From: Azolla caroliniana
Lineage: Eukaryota > Plantae > Polypodiophyta
Direction: 5' to 3'
Assembly (NCBI GenBank): GCA_043228905.1
Contig: JBHGNT010000003.1
Span: forward strand, 1,054,001 to 1,118,000
DNA: 64,000 nt
Part shown: positions 50,108-60,112 of the stretch, piece by piece
How positions within the stretch are numbered: the first letter of the stretch is position 1
Layout: every line of letters starts with the position of its first letter
Position numbers and translations under genes: made by a program
Notes under the pieces: generated by a model
The model's input: only the letters and a program-made list of their open reading frames with translations
Databases searched by the model: none
What the model was told of the DNA's origin: nothing

Positions 50108-53100
50108 TCACTTCGGCATGGGATGTCTCTCCAATCCGATCCTCTTCCGGCATGCTTCCAGCTTGTCGGGCGTGAGCACCTTGGTCAGCATATCCGACCC
50201 GTTCTCGTCCGTGTGGACCTTCGTCAGCACGAACTCCTTGTCTTCTATCCTTTCCCGGATCCAGTGATATCTTTGCTGGATGTGCTTCGTCCGGGAGTGA
50301 TAGGCCGCGTTCTTTGCAAGGTGGATTGCACTCTGACTGTCGCAGTAGAGTCGGTACTCCTCCTGCCGGATACCGAGCTCTCCAATGAAGTCCTTCATCC
50401 ATATTATTTCCTTGCCGGCTTCAACAGCCGCCATGTACTCCGCCTCCGTGGTCGACAACGCAACCGTCTTCTGCAGCCTCGACTGCCATGAAACAGCTCC
50501 CCCTGCATACGTCATCACATACCCTGATGTGGACCGGCTGGTATCTGCATCAGCCGACATATCCGAATCGGTGAAGCCGTCGAGTTCGGGCTTACCGGAG
50601 CCGAATCGGAGGCACACGTTTGCCGTGCCGTTCAGGTATCGGAGTATCCACTTGGCCGCGTTCCAATGCTCTTTGCCGGGATTGCTCATGTACCGGCTCA
50701 CCACTCCGACTGCATATCCTATGTCCGGTCGGGTACACACCATTGCGTACATCAAGCTCCCGACGGCAGAGGCATATGGTACCTTCATCATGTCCTCCTT
50801 CTCAGCCTTTGTCTTGGGGCTTTGCTTGCTGGACAGCTTGCAGTTTGCCGGGAGTGTTGATCCGACTGGTCTTGCTTCCGACATGTTGAACCGTTTAAGC
50901 ACCTTTGTCACGTACTTTTCCTGTGACAGCCACAACTGCTTCTTGCTCCGGTCCCGGATGATGTGCATCCCTAGTATTTGTCTCGCCGGACCCAGGTCCT
51001 TCATTGAGAAGGTTCGGTGAAGAGCCTTCTTCAGCATCCGTATCTTGACCTGGTCTCGTCCGACGATCAACATGTCGTCCACGTACAGGAGGAGTATTAG
51101 AAAGTCTCCTCCTTCGAACTTCTTCACAAACACGCAATGGTCGGACTGCGTTTTGAGGTACCCTTCGTCGGTCATGAAGGAGTCGAACTTCCGGTACCAT
51201 TGCCGGGGAGCCTGCTTCAATCCGTAAAGCCTCTTCTTCAACCGGCATACCAGGTGCTCCTTCCCTTTCTTCTCGAATCCTTCCGGTTGCTGCATGTAGA
51301 TTTCTTCTTCGAGGTCACCGTGAAGGAATGCCGTCTTCACGTCCATCTGTTCTACCTCGAGGTCCATGCTTGCCGCTATGCTCAGCACCGTCCGGATGGA
51401 GGTCATCTTCACTACCGGGGCAAATATCTCGTCGAAGTCGACGCCCTTCTTTTGCTGAAACCCGTTCACCACGATCCTGGCTTTGTATCTTGGGGGGTTT
51501 CCGGCATCTCCCGGTTTCAGCTTGAACACCCACTTGTTACGGAGTGCCCGTTTTCCTTTCGGCAGCTCCACAAGTTCATATGTGTGGTTCTCATGCAGGG
51601 AATCCATCTCGTCCTGCATGGCACTCAACCACTTGCGGCTCTGGGTGTCATGCTTTGCCTCTTCAAAGCTCTCCGGCTCCCCCTCGTCGGTTAGCAACAG
51701 GTGCTCTGGTTCCGGAAATCTCCGGGGGGCCCTTCTCTCTCTTAGAGGATATCTCCGTTCCGGAGCTTCGGTAACCGGTTCTTCCGATTCTTCTTCATCC
51801 GAATCCATTTCGGGATCGGGGCCGGTTCCGGTATCATTTTCATCTTCTTCGGCCGGTTCTGTTTCTTCACCGTCTTCGGCCGGATCCTCGAGTGCTAACC
51901 GGTCCCTTGCCGGTCGGGACTGCTCCTCGTAGAGTTGATCCTCACCGGTCGACTTGGAGCTCTTCATCTTCTTCTCCGACTCCCAGTCGGCGAGTGTCTT
52001 GTTCTCCATGAAGATGATATCACGACTCCGGAATATCTTCTTGTCGACCGGGTCCCATACTCTGTAGCCGAACTCGTCATCGCCGTAACCGAGGAATATG
52101 CATGGCCGGGTCTTTGGATCTAGCTTTCCTCTCCGGTCCTTTGCCACATGCACGTATGCGAGACACCCGAACACCTTCAGATGCCGGTAAGATACTTCCC
52201 TACCGGTCCACACTCTCTGCGGCGTGTCTCCGTCCAAAGGTACTGAGGGTGATCTGTTTATCACATATGTCGCCGTCGACATTGCCTCAGCCCAAAACCC
52301 CTTGGGTAATTTCGCATGCGCCAACATACTCCAGACCCTCTCCATTATGGTTCGGTTCATCCTCTCGGCCAGCCCGTTCAGTTCCGGCGTCTTCGGCACA
52401 GTAAACTCGAGCCGGATTCCCTTCGAGCGACAGTACTCCTGGAACTGTCCCCGGTATTCCCCTCCGTTATCCGCTCGTATCGCTTTCAGCTTCTTGCCTG
52501 ATTCTCTTTCCACTCTCGCGTGGAGTTCTTTGAAGACGGACAACACTTGGTCCTTTGTCTTCATCGGTGCCGTCCACAGTCTTCGGCTATGATCATCTAT
52601 GAATGTTACGAAGTACTGGGCTCCGCCATGTGACTTCGTTTCTACCTGACACACATCGGTGTGCACCAACTCCAATGGTGCGCTACGTCTCGTCGGTGGC
52701 CTTGAGTGGAAGGAGGTTCGGTTCTGCTTACCGGCCAGGCAATCGGTGCACTTCTCCAGGTGCACATGCTTCACTGGAATAAGGTTGTCTTCTGCAAGCC
52801 TCTTCATCCCCTTCTCACTCATGTGGCACAGTCTTTTGTGCCACAGCTCACCGGCAGTGTCGGCTGCCACATTCAGCTCTTCCGGACATAACCGGGCATT
52901 CATCAGGTACAGTGTGTTGACTTTTCGGGCCCGAGCCACTATCAGGCTCCCCTTGCTGAACTTCATTACGCCGTTCCGGATGCTACCTGTGTAGCCTTCA
53001 TCGTCTAGCCTCCCGGCCGAAATCAGGTTCAATCAAACCTCCGGAACGTGTCGGACATCCTTCAGCAGCATTTTACATCCGGTCGAGGTTGTCAACCACA

Positions 53101-54181
53101 CGTCTCCTATGCCGGCGATCCGGCACGTACCTTCATTTCCCATCCGAACACAGCCATGCTCACCGGCTGTGTAGGATGAGAAGTATCTTCTTTCCGGGGT
53201 CAGGTGGAACGACGCTCCGGAATCGACCACCCAAGTCGTCTCATCGCCGGCAATGTTTAGCTCACCTTCTTCGGTGATGAGCATGATTTCTTCCTCACTT
53301 GCTGCGAGTGCCGTCGTTCCTTTCCTGTCCTGCCCTCGCCGATCCGAACCATTCCGGTCCGTGGCTCCCCGGTAAGCACCGTTCCGTTCCGAAGACTTCT
53401 TCGAATCGGTGTCGTCGGCTCCGTTGTCTTTTCGGTAATGCCGACAATTCTTTCGGAAGTGCCCCGGCTTCCCACAGTGGAAGCATGTGGGTCTTCCTCT
53501 TGACTGCGACCGGGTCCCCGACTTCTCCCGTCTTTGCGGACTCCGGTTCCGTTGTCTTCCCCGATCCGATTCGGTAAACAACATCTTCGGATCGGAGGCC
53601 GGTTCTTTATCTCTCCGACGCGCTTCTTCGTTCAAAATACTTGTCTTTACCGTTTGTAGGGACAAGTTATCTTCGGTGCAGGAGGTGCTGAGAGTCACCA
53701 CCAAGTTCTCCCAGCTTTCCGGCAATGTACACATCAGGATGATGGCTTGCATTGCATCCTCCAACGGGAACTTGATCGCCGCAAGCTCGTTCACGAATCC
53801 CATGAACGTGCTTACGTGTTCCACCATACTCTCGCCATCCCGGTACTTGAGGTTCACTATCTTCCTCATCAGGGAGGTCCGGTTCAACGCATTCTTCCTC
53901 TCGTAGAGGCCCGACAGCTTCCGCCACATCTCATATGCGTTGGTGTCGTTCGCCACATGTTGTAGAACGCTCACGTCTACGTATTGCCGAATGGTTGCTA
54001 CGGCTTTCCGGTTCAGAAGCCTCCATTCCGACTCAAGTACCCCCTTCGGTATTTCCGACCTGTCGATCGGTTCGTACAGGTCCCGAACAATCAGAAGATC
54101 CTCCATCTTGATCTTCCAGTCGGCGTAATTCTGCGCATTCATAACCATTATCCCCGGCTGCCCGCTGCCGCCGCCTTCCAT
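50108..54181 (-). pseudogene. Gag-pol of copia B interrupted by one nonsense codon
   Basis: Colinear with the ORF of element C. TGA at 53035-53033 where C has CGA, splitting it into 382-aa and 974-aa ORFs. Confidence 0.92.
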
Positions 54182-54305
54182 TTTCTACAGCAGTCGCTCT
54201 GATACCAGTTTGTAGAGAAATCGACGCTCCGATTAACCTTCACCACTCGGCCACAACCGAGTAAGCACGAATCAATGCAGCAGAAAATAGGAACCACAGA
54301 GAAAG

Positions 54306-54896
54306 TGTTGGGATTTCGGTCCCTCCGGATGGGATGTCCGGAGATGAATGACGGCAAGCCCGGTTGCAGTTACGGAGCCGGATGATGAAGACCCCGGTTA
54401 CGGAGCCGGATGATGAAGACCCCGGTTACGGAACCGGATGATGAATGTACCCGGAGAGAGATCCGGATGCAGAGACATATTTGTGAATATGTTTGCCAAG
54501 AGCCCTTGAGGCTATATTTGTAAATAGCCCGAAAGTCATATGTGTATAAATATGACTTAGGGCAAACAGTTTTATGATGGTCGCTCATTTTTCATGAGAA
54601 GTGAGAGCAGCCGAGAGAGAGAGTGAGAGACGAAGAGGTCGTTGCCTCTGTGTATTACCGCCGCCTGTGGCGAAGACAGTGAGCTCAAGGTTGTTGCCTT
54701 GTAGCTTCACCAGTGTACATCCCTGTTCATAGTGATAGTTGGAGTTTGAGGACTCCCGTGGTTTTTTCCCATTTAGGGTTTTCCACGTAAAACATCCAGT
54801 GTACCTTTCTCTCTTTTTGTTTTGTGCATTTTCTATTTCCTGTTTTCTGTGAGTTGATCCCATTCCTCGGTTGTGGCCGAGCACTGTTTTTCAACA
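54306..54896 (+). repeat. 5' LTR of copia C (three 28-bp U3 repeats, TATA at 54545)
   Basis: TGTTGGG...TCAACA termini. GTTACGGAGCCGGATGATGAAGACCCCG at 54369, 54397 and 54425 (third copy partial). Confidence 0.95.
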
Positions 54897-54927
54897 AACT
54901 GGTATCAGAGCAACGGTAACACAGAAA

Positions 54928-57900
54928 ATGGAAGGCGGCGGTAGTGGGCCTCCGGGCATGATGGTGCTGAACGCGCAGAACTACGCCGACTGGAAGATAA
55001 AGATGGAGGATCTGCTCATTGTTCGGGACCTGTATGAACCGATCGACAGGTCGGAAATACCCAAGGGGGTACTTGAGACGGAATGGAGGCTTCTGAACCG
55101 GAAAGCCGTTGCAACCATTCGGCAATACGTCGACGTGAGTGTTCTACAACATGTGGCGAACGACACCAACGCATATGAGATGTGGAGGAAGCTGTCGGGC
55201 CTCTACGAGAGGAAGAATGCGTTGAACCGGACCTCCCTGATGAGAAAGATAGTGAACCTCAAGTACCGGGACGGCGAGAGTATGGTGGAACACGTAAGCA
55301 CGTTCATGGGATTCGTGAACCAGCTTGCGGCGATCAAGTTCCCGTTGGAGGATGCAATGCAAGCCATCATCCTGATGTGTACATTGCCGGACAGCTGGGA
55401 GAACTTGGTGGTGACTCTCAGCACCTCCTGCACGGAAGATAACTTGTCCCTACAAACGGTAAAGACAAGTATTTTGAACGAAGAAGCGCGTCGGAGAGAT
55501 AAAGAACCGGCCTCCGACTCGAAGGCGCTGCTTACCGAATCGGAACGGGGAAGACAATGGAACCGGAGTCCGCAAAGACGGGAGAAGTCGGGGACCCGGT
55601 CGCAGTCAAGAGGAAGGCCCACATGCTTCCACTGTGGGAAACCGGGGCACTTCCGAAAGAATTGTCGGCATTACCGAAAAGACACCGGAGCCGACGACAC
55701 CGATTCGAAGAAGTCACCGGAGAGAAACGGTGCATACCGGGGAGCCACGGACCGGAGAGGTTCGGATCGGCGAGGGCAGGACCGGAAAGGAACGACGGCA
55801 CTCGCGGCAAGTGAGGAAGAGATCATGCTCATCACTGAAGAAGGTGAACTAAACATTGCCGGCGATGAGACGACCTGGGTGGTCGATTCCGGAGCATCGT
55901 TCCACCTGACCCCGGAGAGAAGATACTTCTCATCCTACACAGCCGGCGAGCATGGCTGTGTTCGGATGGGAAATGAAGGTACATGCCGGATTGCCGGCAT
56001 AGGAGACGTGTGGCTGATGACATCAACCGGATGCAAGATGCTGCTGAAGGATGTTCGACACGTTCCGGAGGTCCGATTGAACCTGATCTCGGCCGGGAGG
56101 CTAGACGATGAAGGCTACACGGGCAGCATCCGGAACGGTGTCATGAAGTTCAGCAAAGGGAGCCTGATAGTGGCTCGGGCCCGGAAGGTCAACACACTAT
56201 ACCTGATGAATGCCCGGTTATGTCCGGAAGAGCTGAATGTGGCAGCCGACACTGCCGGTGAGCTGTGGCACAAAAGACTGTGCCACATGAGTGAGAAGGG
56301 GATGAAGAGGCTTGCAGAAGACAACCTTATTCCAGTGAAGCATGTGCACCTGGAGAAGTGCACCGACTGCCTGGCCGGTAAGCAAAACCGGACCTCCTTC
56401 CACTCAAGGCCACCGACGAGACGTAGCGCACCATTGGAGCTGGTGCACACTGACGTGTGTCAAGTAGAAACGAAGTCGCATGGCGGAGCCCAGTACTTCG
56501 TGACATTCATTGATGACCACAGCCGGAAGCTGTGGACGGCACCGTTGAAGACAAAGGACCAAGTACTGTCCGTCTTCAAAGAACTCCACGCGAGGGTGGA
56601 AAGGGAATCCGGCAAGAAGCTGAAAGCAATACGAGCGGATAACGGAGGAGAATACCGGGGGCAGTTCCAGGAGTACTGTCGCTCGAAGGGAATCCGGCTC
56701 GAGTTTACTGTGCCGAAGACGCCGGAACTGAACGGGCTGGCCGAGAGGATGAACCGGACCATAATGGAGAGGGTCCGGAGTATGCTGGCGCATGCGAAAT
56801 TACCCAAGGGATTTTGGGCTGAGGCAATGTCGACGGCGACGTATGTGATAAATAGATCACCCTCAGTACCTTTGGACGGAGACACGCCGCAGAAAGTGTG
56901 GACCGGTAAGGAAGTGTCCTACCGGCATCTGAAGGTGTTCGGGTGTCTCGCATACGTGCATGTGGCAAAGGACCGGAGAGGAAAGTTAGATCCAAAGACC
57001 CGGCCATGCATATTCCTCGGTTACGGCGACGACGAGTTCGGCTACCGAGTATGGGACCCGGTCGACAAGAAGATATTCAGGAGTCGAGATATCATCTTCA
57101 TGGAGGACAAGACGCTCGCCGACTGGGAGTCGGAGAAGAAGATGAAGAGCTCCAAGTCGACCGGTGAGGATAAACTCTACGAGGAGCAGTCCCGACCGGC
57201 AAGGGACCGGTTAACACTCGAAGACCCGGCCGAAGACGGTGAAGAAACAGAACCGGCCGAAGAAGATGAAAATGATACCGGAACCGGCCCCGATCCCGAA
57301 ACGGATTCGGATGAAGAAGAATCGGAAGAACCGGTTACCGAAGCTCCGGAACGGAGATATCCTCTAAGGGAGAGAAGGGCCCCCCGGAGATTTCCGGAAC
57401 CAGAGCACGTGCTACTAACCGACGAGGGGGAGCCGGAGAGCTTTGAAGAAGCAAAGCACGACACCCAGAGCCGCAAGTGGTTGAGTGCCATGCAGGACGA
57501 GATGGATTCCCTGCATGAGAACCACACATATGAACTTATGGAGTTGCCGAAAGGAAAGCGGGCACTTCGAAACAAGTGGGTGTTCAAGCTGAAACCGGGA
57601 GATGCCGGAAACCCCCCGAGATACAAAGCCAGGATTGTGGTGAAGGGGTTTCAGCAGAAGAAGGGCGTCGACTTCGACGAGATATTTGCCCCGGTAGTGA
57701 AGATGACCTCCATCCGGACGGTGCTGAGCATAGCGGCAAGTATGGACCTCGAGGTAGAACAGATGGACGTGAAGACGGCATTCCTTCACGGTGACCTCGA
57801 AGAAGAGATCTACATGCAGCAACCGGAAGGATTCGAGAAGAAAGGGAAGGAGCACCTGGTATGCCGGTTGAAGAAGAGGCTTTACGGTTTGAAGCAGGCT

Positions 57901-58998
57901 CCCCGGCAATGGTACCGGAAGTTCGACTCCTTCATGACCGACGAAGGGTACCACAAAACGCAGTCTGATCACTGCGTGTTTGTGAAGAAGTTCGAAGGAG
58001 GAGACTCTCTAATACTCCTCCTGTACGTGGACGACATGTTGATCGTCGGACGGGACCAGGTCAAGATACGGATGCTGAAGAAGGCTCTTCACCGAACCTT
58101 CTCAATGAAGGACTTGGGTCCGGCGAGACAAATACTAGGGATGCACATCATCCGGGACCGGAGCAAGAAGCAGTTGTGGCTGTCACAAGAGAAGTACGTG
58201 ACAAAGGTGCTTCAACGGTTCAACATGTCGGAAGCAAGACCGGTCGGATCATCCCTCCCGGCAAACTGCAAGCTGTCCAGCAAGCAAAGCCCCAGGACAA
58301 AGGCTGAGAAAGAGGACATGATGAAAGTACCATATGCCTCTGCTGTCGGAAGCTTGATGTACGCAATGGTGTGTACAAGACTAGACATTGGATACGCAGT
58401 CGGAGTGGTGAGCCGGTACATGAGCAATCCCGGCAAAGAGCATTGGAACGCGGTCAAGTGGATACTCCGATACCTGAAGGGCACGGCAAACGTGTGCCTC
58501 CGATTCGGCTCCGGTAAGCCCGAACTCGACGGCTTCACCGATTCGGATATGTCGGCTGATGCAGATACCAGCCGGTCCACATCAGGGTATGTGATGACCT
58601 ATGCAGGGGGAGCCGTTTCGTGGCAGTCGAGGCTGCAGAAGACGGTTGCGTTGTCAACCACGGAGGCGGAGTACATGGCAGTTGTTGAAGCCGGCAAGGA
58701 AATAATATGGATGAAGGACTTCATTAGAGAGCTCGGTATCCAGCAGGAGTACCGACTCTACTGCGACAGTCAGAGTGCCATCCACCTTGCGAAGAACGCG
58801 GCTTATCACTCCCGGACGAAGCACATCCAGCGAAGATATCACTGGATCCGTGAAAGGATAGAAGACAAGGAGTTCGAGCTGACGAAGGTCCACACGGACG
58901 AGAACGGGTCGGATATGCTGACCAAGGTGCTCACACCCGACAAGCTGGAAGCATGCCGGAAGAGGATCGGACTGGAGAGACATCCCATGCCGAAGTGA
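54928..58998 (+). CDS. Uninterrupted copia Gag-PR-INT-RT-RNase H polyprotein, 1356 aa
   Basis: Motifs CFHCGKPGHFRKNC, WVVDSGASFH, WHKRLCH...CTDC, ADNGGEY, NGLAERMNRT, QMDVKTAFLHG, LYGLKQAPRQW, YVDD, ALSTTEAEY, SDMLTK. Confidence 0.97.
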   Translation: MEGGGSGPPGMMVLNAQNYADWKIKMEDLLIVRDLYEPIDRSEIPKGVLETEWRLLNRKAVATIRQYVDVSVLQHVANDTNAYEMWRKLSGLYERKNALNRTSLMRKIVNLKYRDGESMVEHVSTFMGFVNQLAAIKFPLEDAMQAIILMCTLPDSWENLVVTLSTSCTEDNLSLQTVKTSILNEEARRRDKEPASDSKALLTESERGRQWNRSPQRREKSGTRSQSRGRPTCFHCGKPGHFRKNCRHYRKDTGADDTDSKKSPERNGAYRGATDRRGSDRRGQDRKGTTALAASEEEIMLITEEGELNIAGDETTWVVDSGASFHLTPERRYFSSYTAGEHGCVRMGNEGTCRIAGIGDVWLMTSTGCKMLLKDVRHVPEVRLNLISAGRLDDEGYTGSIRNGVMKFSKGSLIVARARKVNTLYLMNARLCPEELNVAADTAGELWHKRLCHMSEKGMKRLAEDNLIPVKHVHLEKCTDCLAGKQNRTSFHSRPPTRRSAPLELVHTDVCQVETKSHGGAQYFVTFIDDHSRKLWTAPLKTKDQVLSVFKELHARVERESGKKLKAIRADNGGEYRGQFQEYCRSKGIRLEFTVPKTPELNGLAERMNRTIMERVRSMLAHAKLPKGFWAEAMSTATYVINRSPSVPLDGDTPQKVWTGKEVSYRHLKVFGCLAYVHVAKDRRGKLDPKTRPCIFLGYGDDEFGYRVWDPVDKKIFRSRDIIFMEDKTLADWESEKKMKSSKSTGEDKLYEEQSRPARDRLTLEDPAEDGEETEPAEEDENDTGTGPDPETDSDEEESEEPVTEAPERRYPLRERRAPRRFPEPEHVLLTDEGEPESFEEAKHDTQSRKWLSAMQDEMDSLHENHTYELMELPKGKRALRNKWVFKLKPGDAGNPPRYKARIVVKGFQQKKGVDFDEIFAPVVKMTSIRTVLSIAASMDLEVEQMDVKTAFLHGDLEEEIYMQQPEGFEKKGKEHLVCRLKKRLYGLKQAPRQWYRKFDSFMTDEGYHKTQSDHCVFVKKFEGGDSLILLLYVDDMLIVGRDQVKIRMLKKALHRTFSMKDLGPARQILGMHIIRDRSKKQLWLSQEKYVTKVLQRFNMSEARPVGSSLPANCKLSSKQSPRTKAEKEDMMKVPYASAVGSLMYAMVCTRLDIGYAVGVVSRYMSNPGKEHWNAVKWILRYLKGTANVCLRFGSGKPELDGFTDSDMSADADTSRSTSGYVMTYAGGAVSWQSRLQKTVALSTTEAEYMAVVEAGKEIIWMKDFIRELGIQQEYRLYCDSQSAIHLAKNAAYHSRTKHIQRRYHWIRERIEDKEFELTKVHTDENGSDMLTKVLTPDKLEACRKRIGLERHPMPK

Positions 58999-59008
58999 AG
59001 GGGGAGTT

Positions 59009-59599
59009 TGTTGGGATTTCGGTCCCTCCGGATGGGATGTCCGGAGATGAATGACGGCAAGCCCGGTTGCAGTTACGGAGCCGGATGATGAAGACCCCGG
59101 TTACGGAGCCGGATGATGAAGACCCCGGTTACGGAACCGGATGATGAATGTACCCGGAGAGAGATCCGGATGCGGAGACATATTTGTGAATATGTTTGCC
59201 AAGAGCCCTTGAGGCTATATTTGTAAATAGCCCGAAAGTCATATGTGTATAAATATGACTTAGGGCAAACAGTTTTATGATGGTCGCTCATTTTTCATGA
59301 GAAGTGAGAGCAGCCGAGAGAGAGAGTGAGAGACGAAGAGGTCGTTGCCTCTGTGTATTACCGCCGCCTGTGGCGAAGACAGTGAGCTCAAGGTTGTTGC
59401 CTTGTAGCTTCACCAGTGTACATCCCTGTTCATAGTGATAGTTGGAGTTTGAGGACTCCCGTGGTTTTTTCCCATTTAGGGTTTTCCACGTAAAACATCC
59501 AGTGTACCTTTCTCTCTTTTTGTTTTGTGCATTTTCTATTTCCTGTTTTCTGTGAGTTGATCCCATTCCTCGGTTGTGGCCGAGCACTGTTTTTCAACA
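59009..59599 (+). repeat. 3' LTR of copia C
   Basis: Near-identical to 54306-54896. Confidence 0.95.
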
Positions 59600-59605
59600 A
59601 ACAAG

Positions 59606-60112
59606 AACACGAATACACAGGGATTAACGTGGAAAACCCTAGACGGGAAAAACCACGGGAGTACAAGACTCCAAACCAAAACTATGCACAGAGAAATATA
59701 CAATGGCGAGCTGCAAGGCGACGACCTTGAGCTCGTTGTCCTCGCCACAGGCGGCGGAAATACACAGAGGCGTCGACCTCCTCCTCTCTCACGCTCTATC
59801 TCTCTCACAGCTGCTCTCTCTTCACTCCTCTTGAGTGGAAAAACAGAAAAATGAGTAGCAACATCAAAACTGTTTGCCCTAAGTCATATTTATACACATA
59901 TGACTTTGGGGCTATTTACAACTATAGCCTCAAGGGCCCTTGGCAAACATATTCACAGATATGTCCCCGCATCCGGATCTCGCTCCGGGTACATTCGTCA
60001 TCCGGCTCCGAAGCCGGGGTCTTCATCATCCGGTTCCGAAACCGAAACCGGGCTTGTCGGCATTCATCTCCGATATCCGACCATCCCATCCGAAGGGACC
60101 GTAATCCCAACA
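59606..60112 (-). repeat. U3-R part of the split 5' LTR of copia B, retaining the TATA box
   Basis: Matches 49591-50097. TATAAATA on the minus strand at 59894-59887. Confidence 0.93.

Larger units (their letters stand above)
54306..59599 (+). mobile_element. Element C: complete, very young Ty1/copia (Tork/Tnt1-like), nested in the 5' LTR of B
   Basis: 591-bp LTRs at 54306-54896 and 59009-59599 (1 mismatch seen). PBS TGGTATCAGAGC at 54900. PPT AAGGGGGAGTT before 59009. Confidence 0.97.
49496..60112 (-). mobile_element. Element B: Ty1/copia (Tork/Tnt1-like) retrotransposon with its 5' LTR split by element C
   Basis: TSD GATCG (49491-49495 and 60113-60117). 3' LTR 49496-50097 (602 bp). 5' LTR = 54211-54305 + 59606-60112 (95 + 507 = 602). 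PBS TGGTATCAGAGC (iMet) at 54207-54196. PPT at 50098-50108. Confidence 0.96.
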
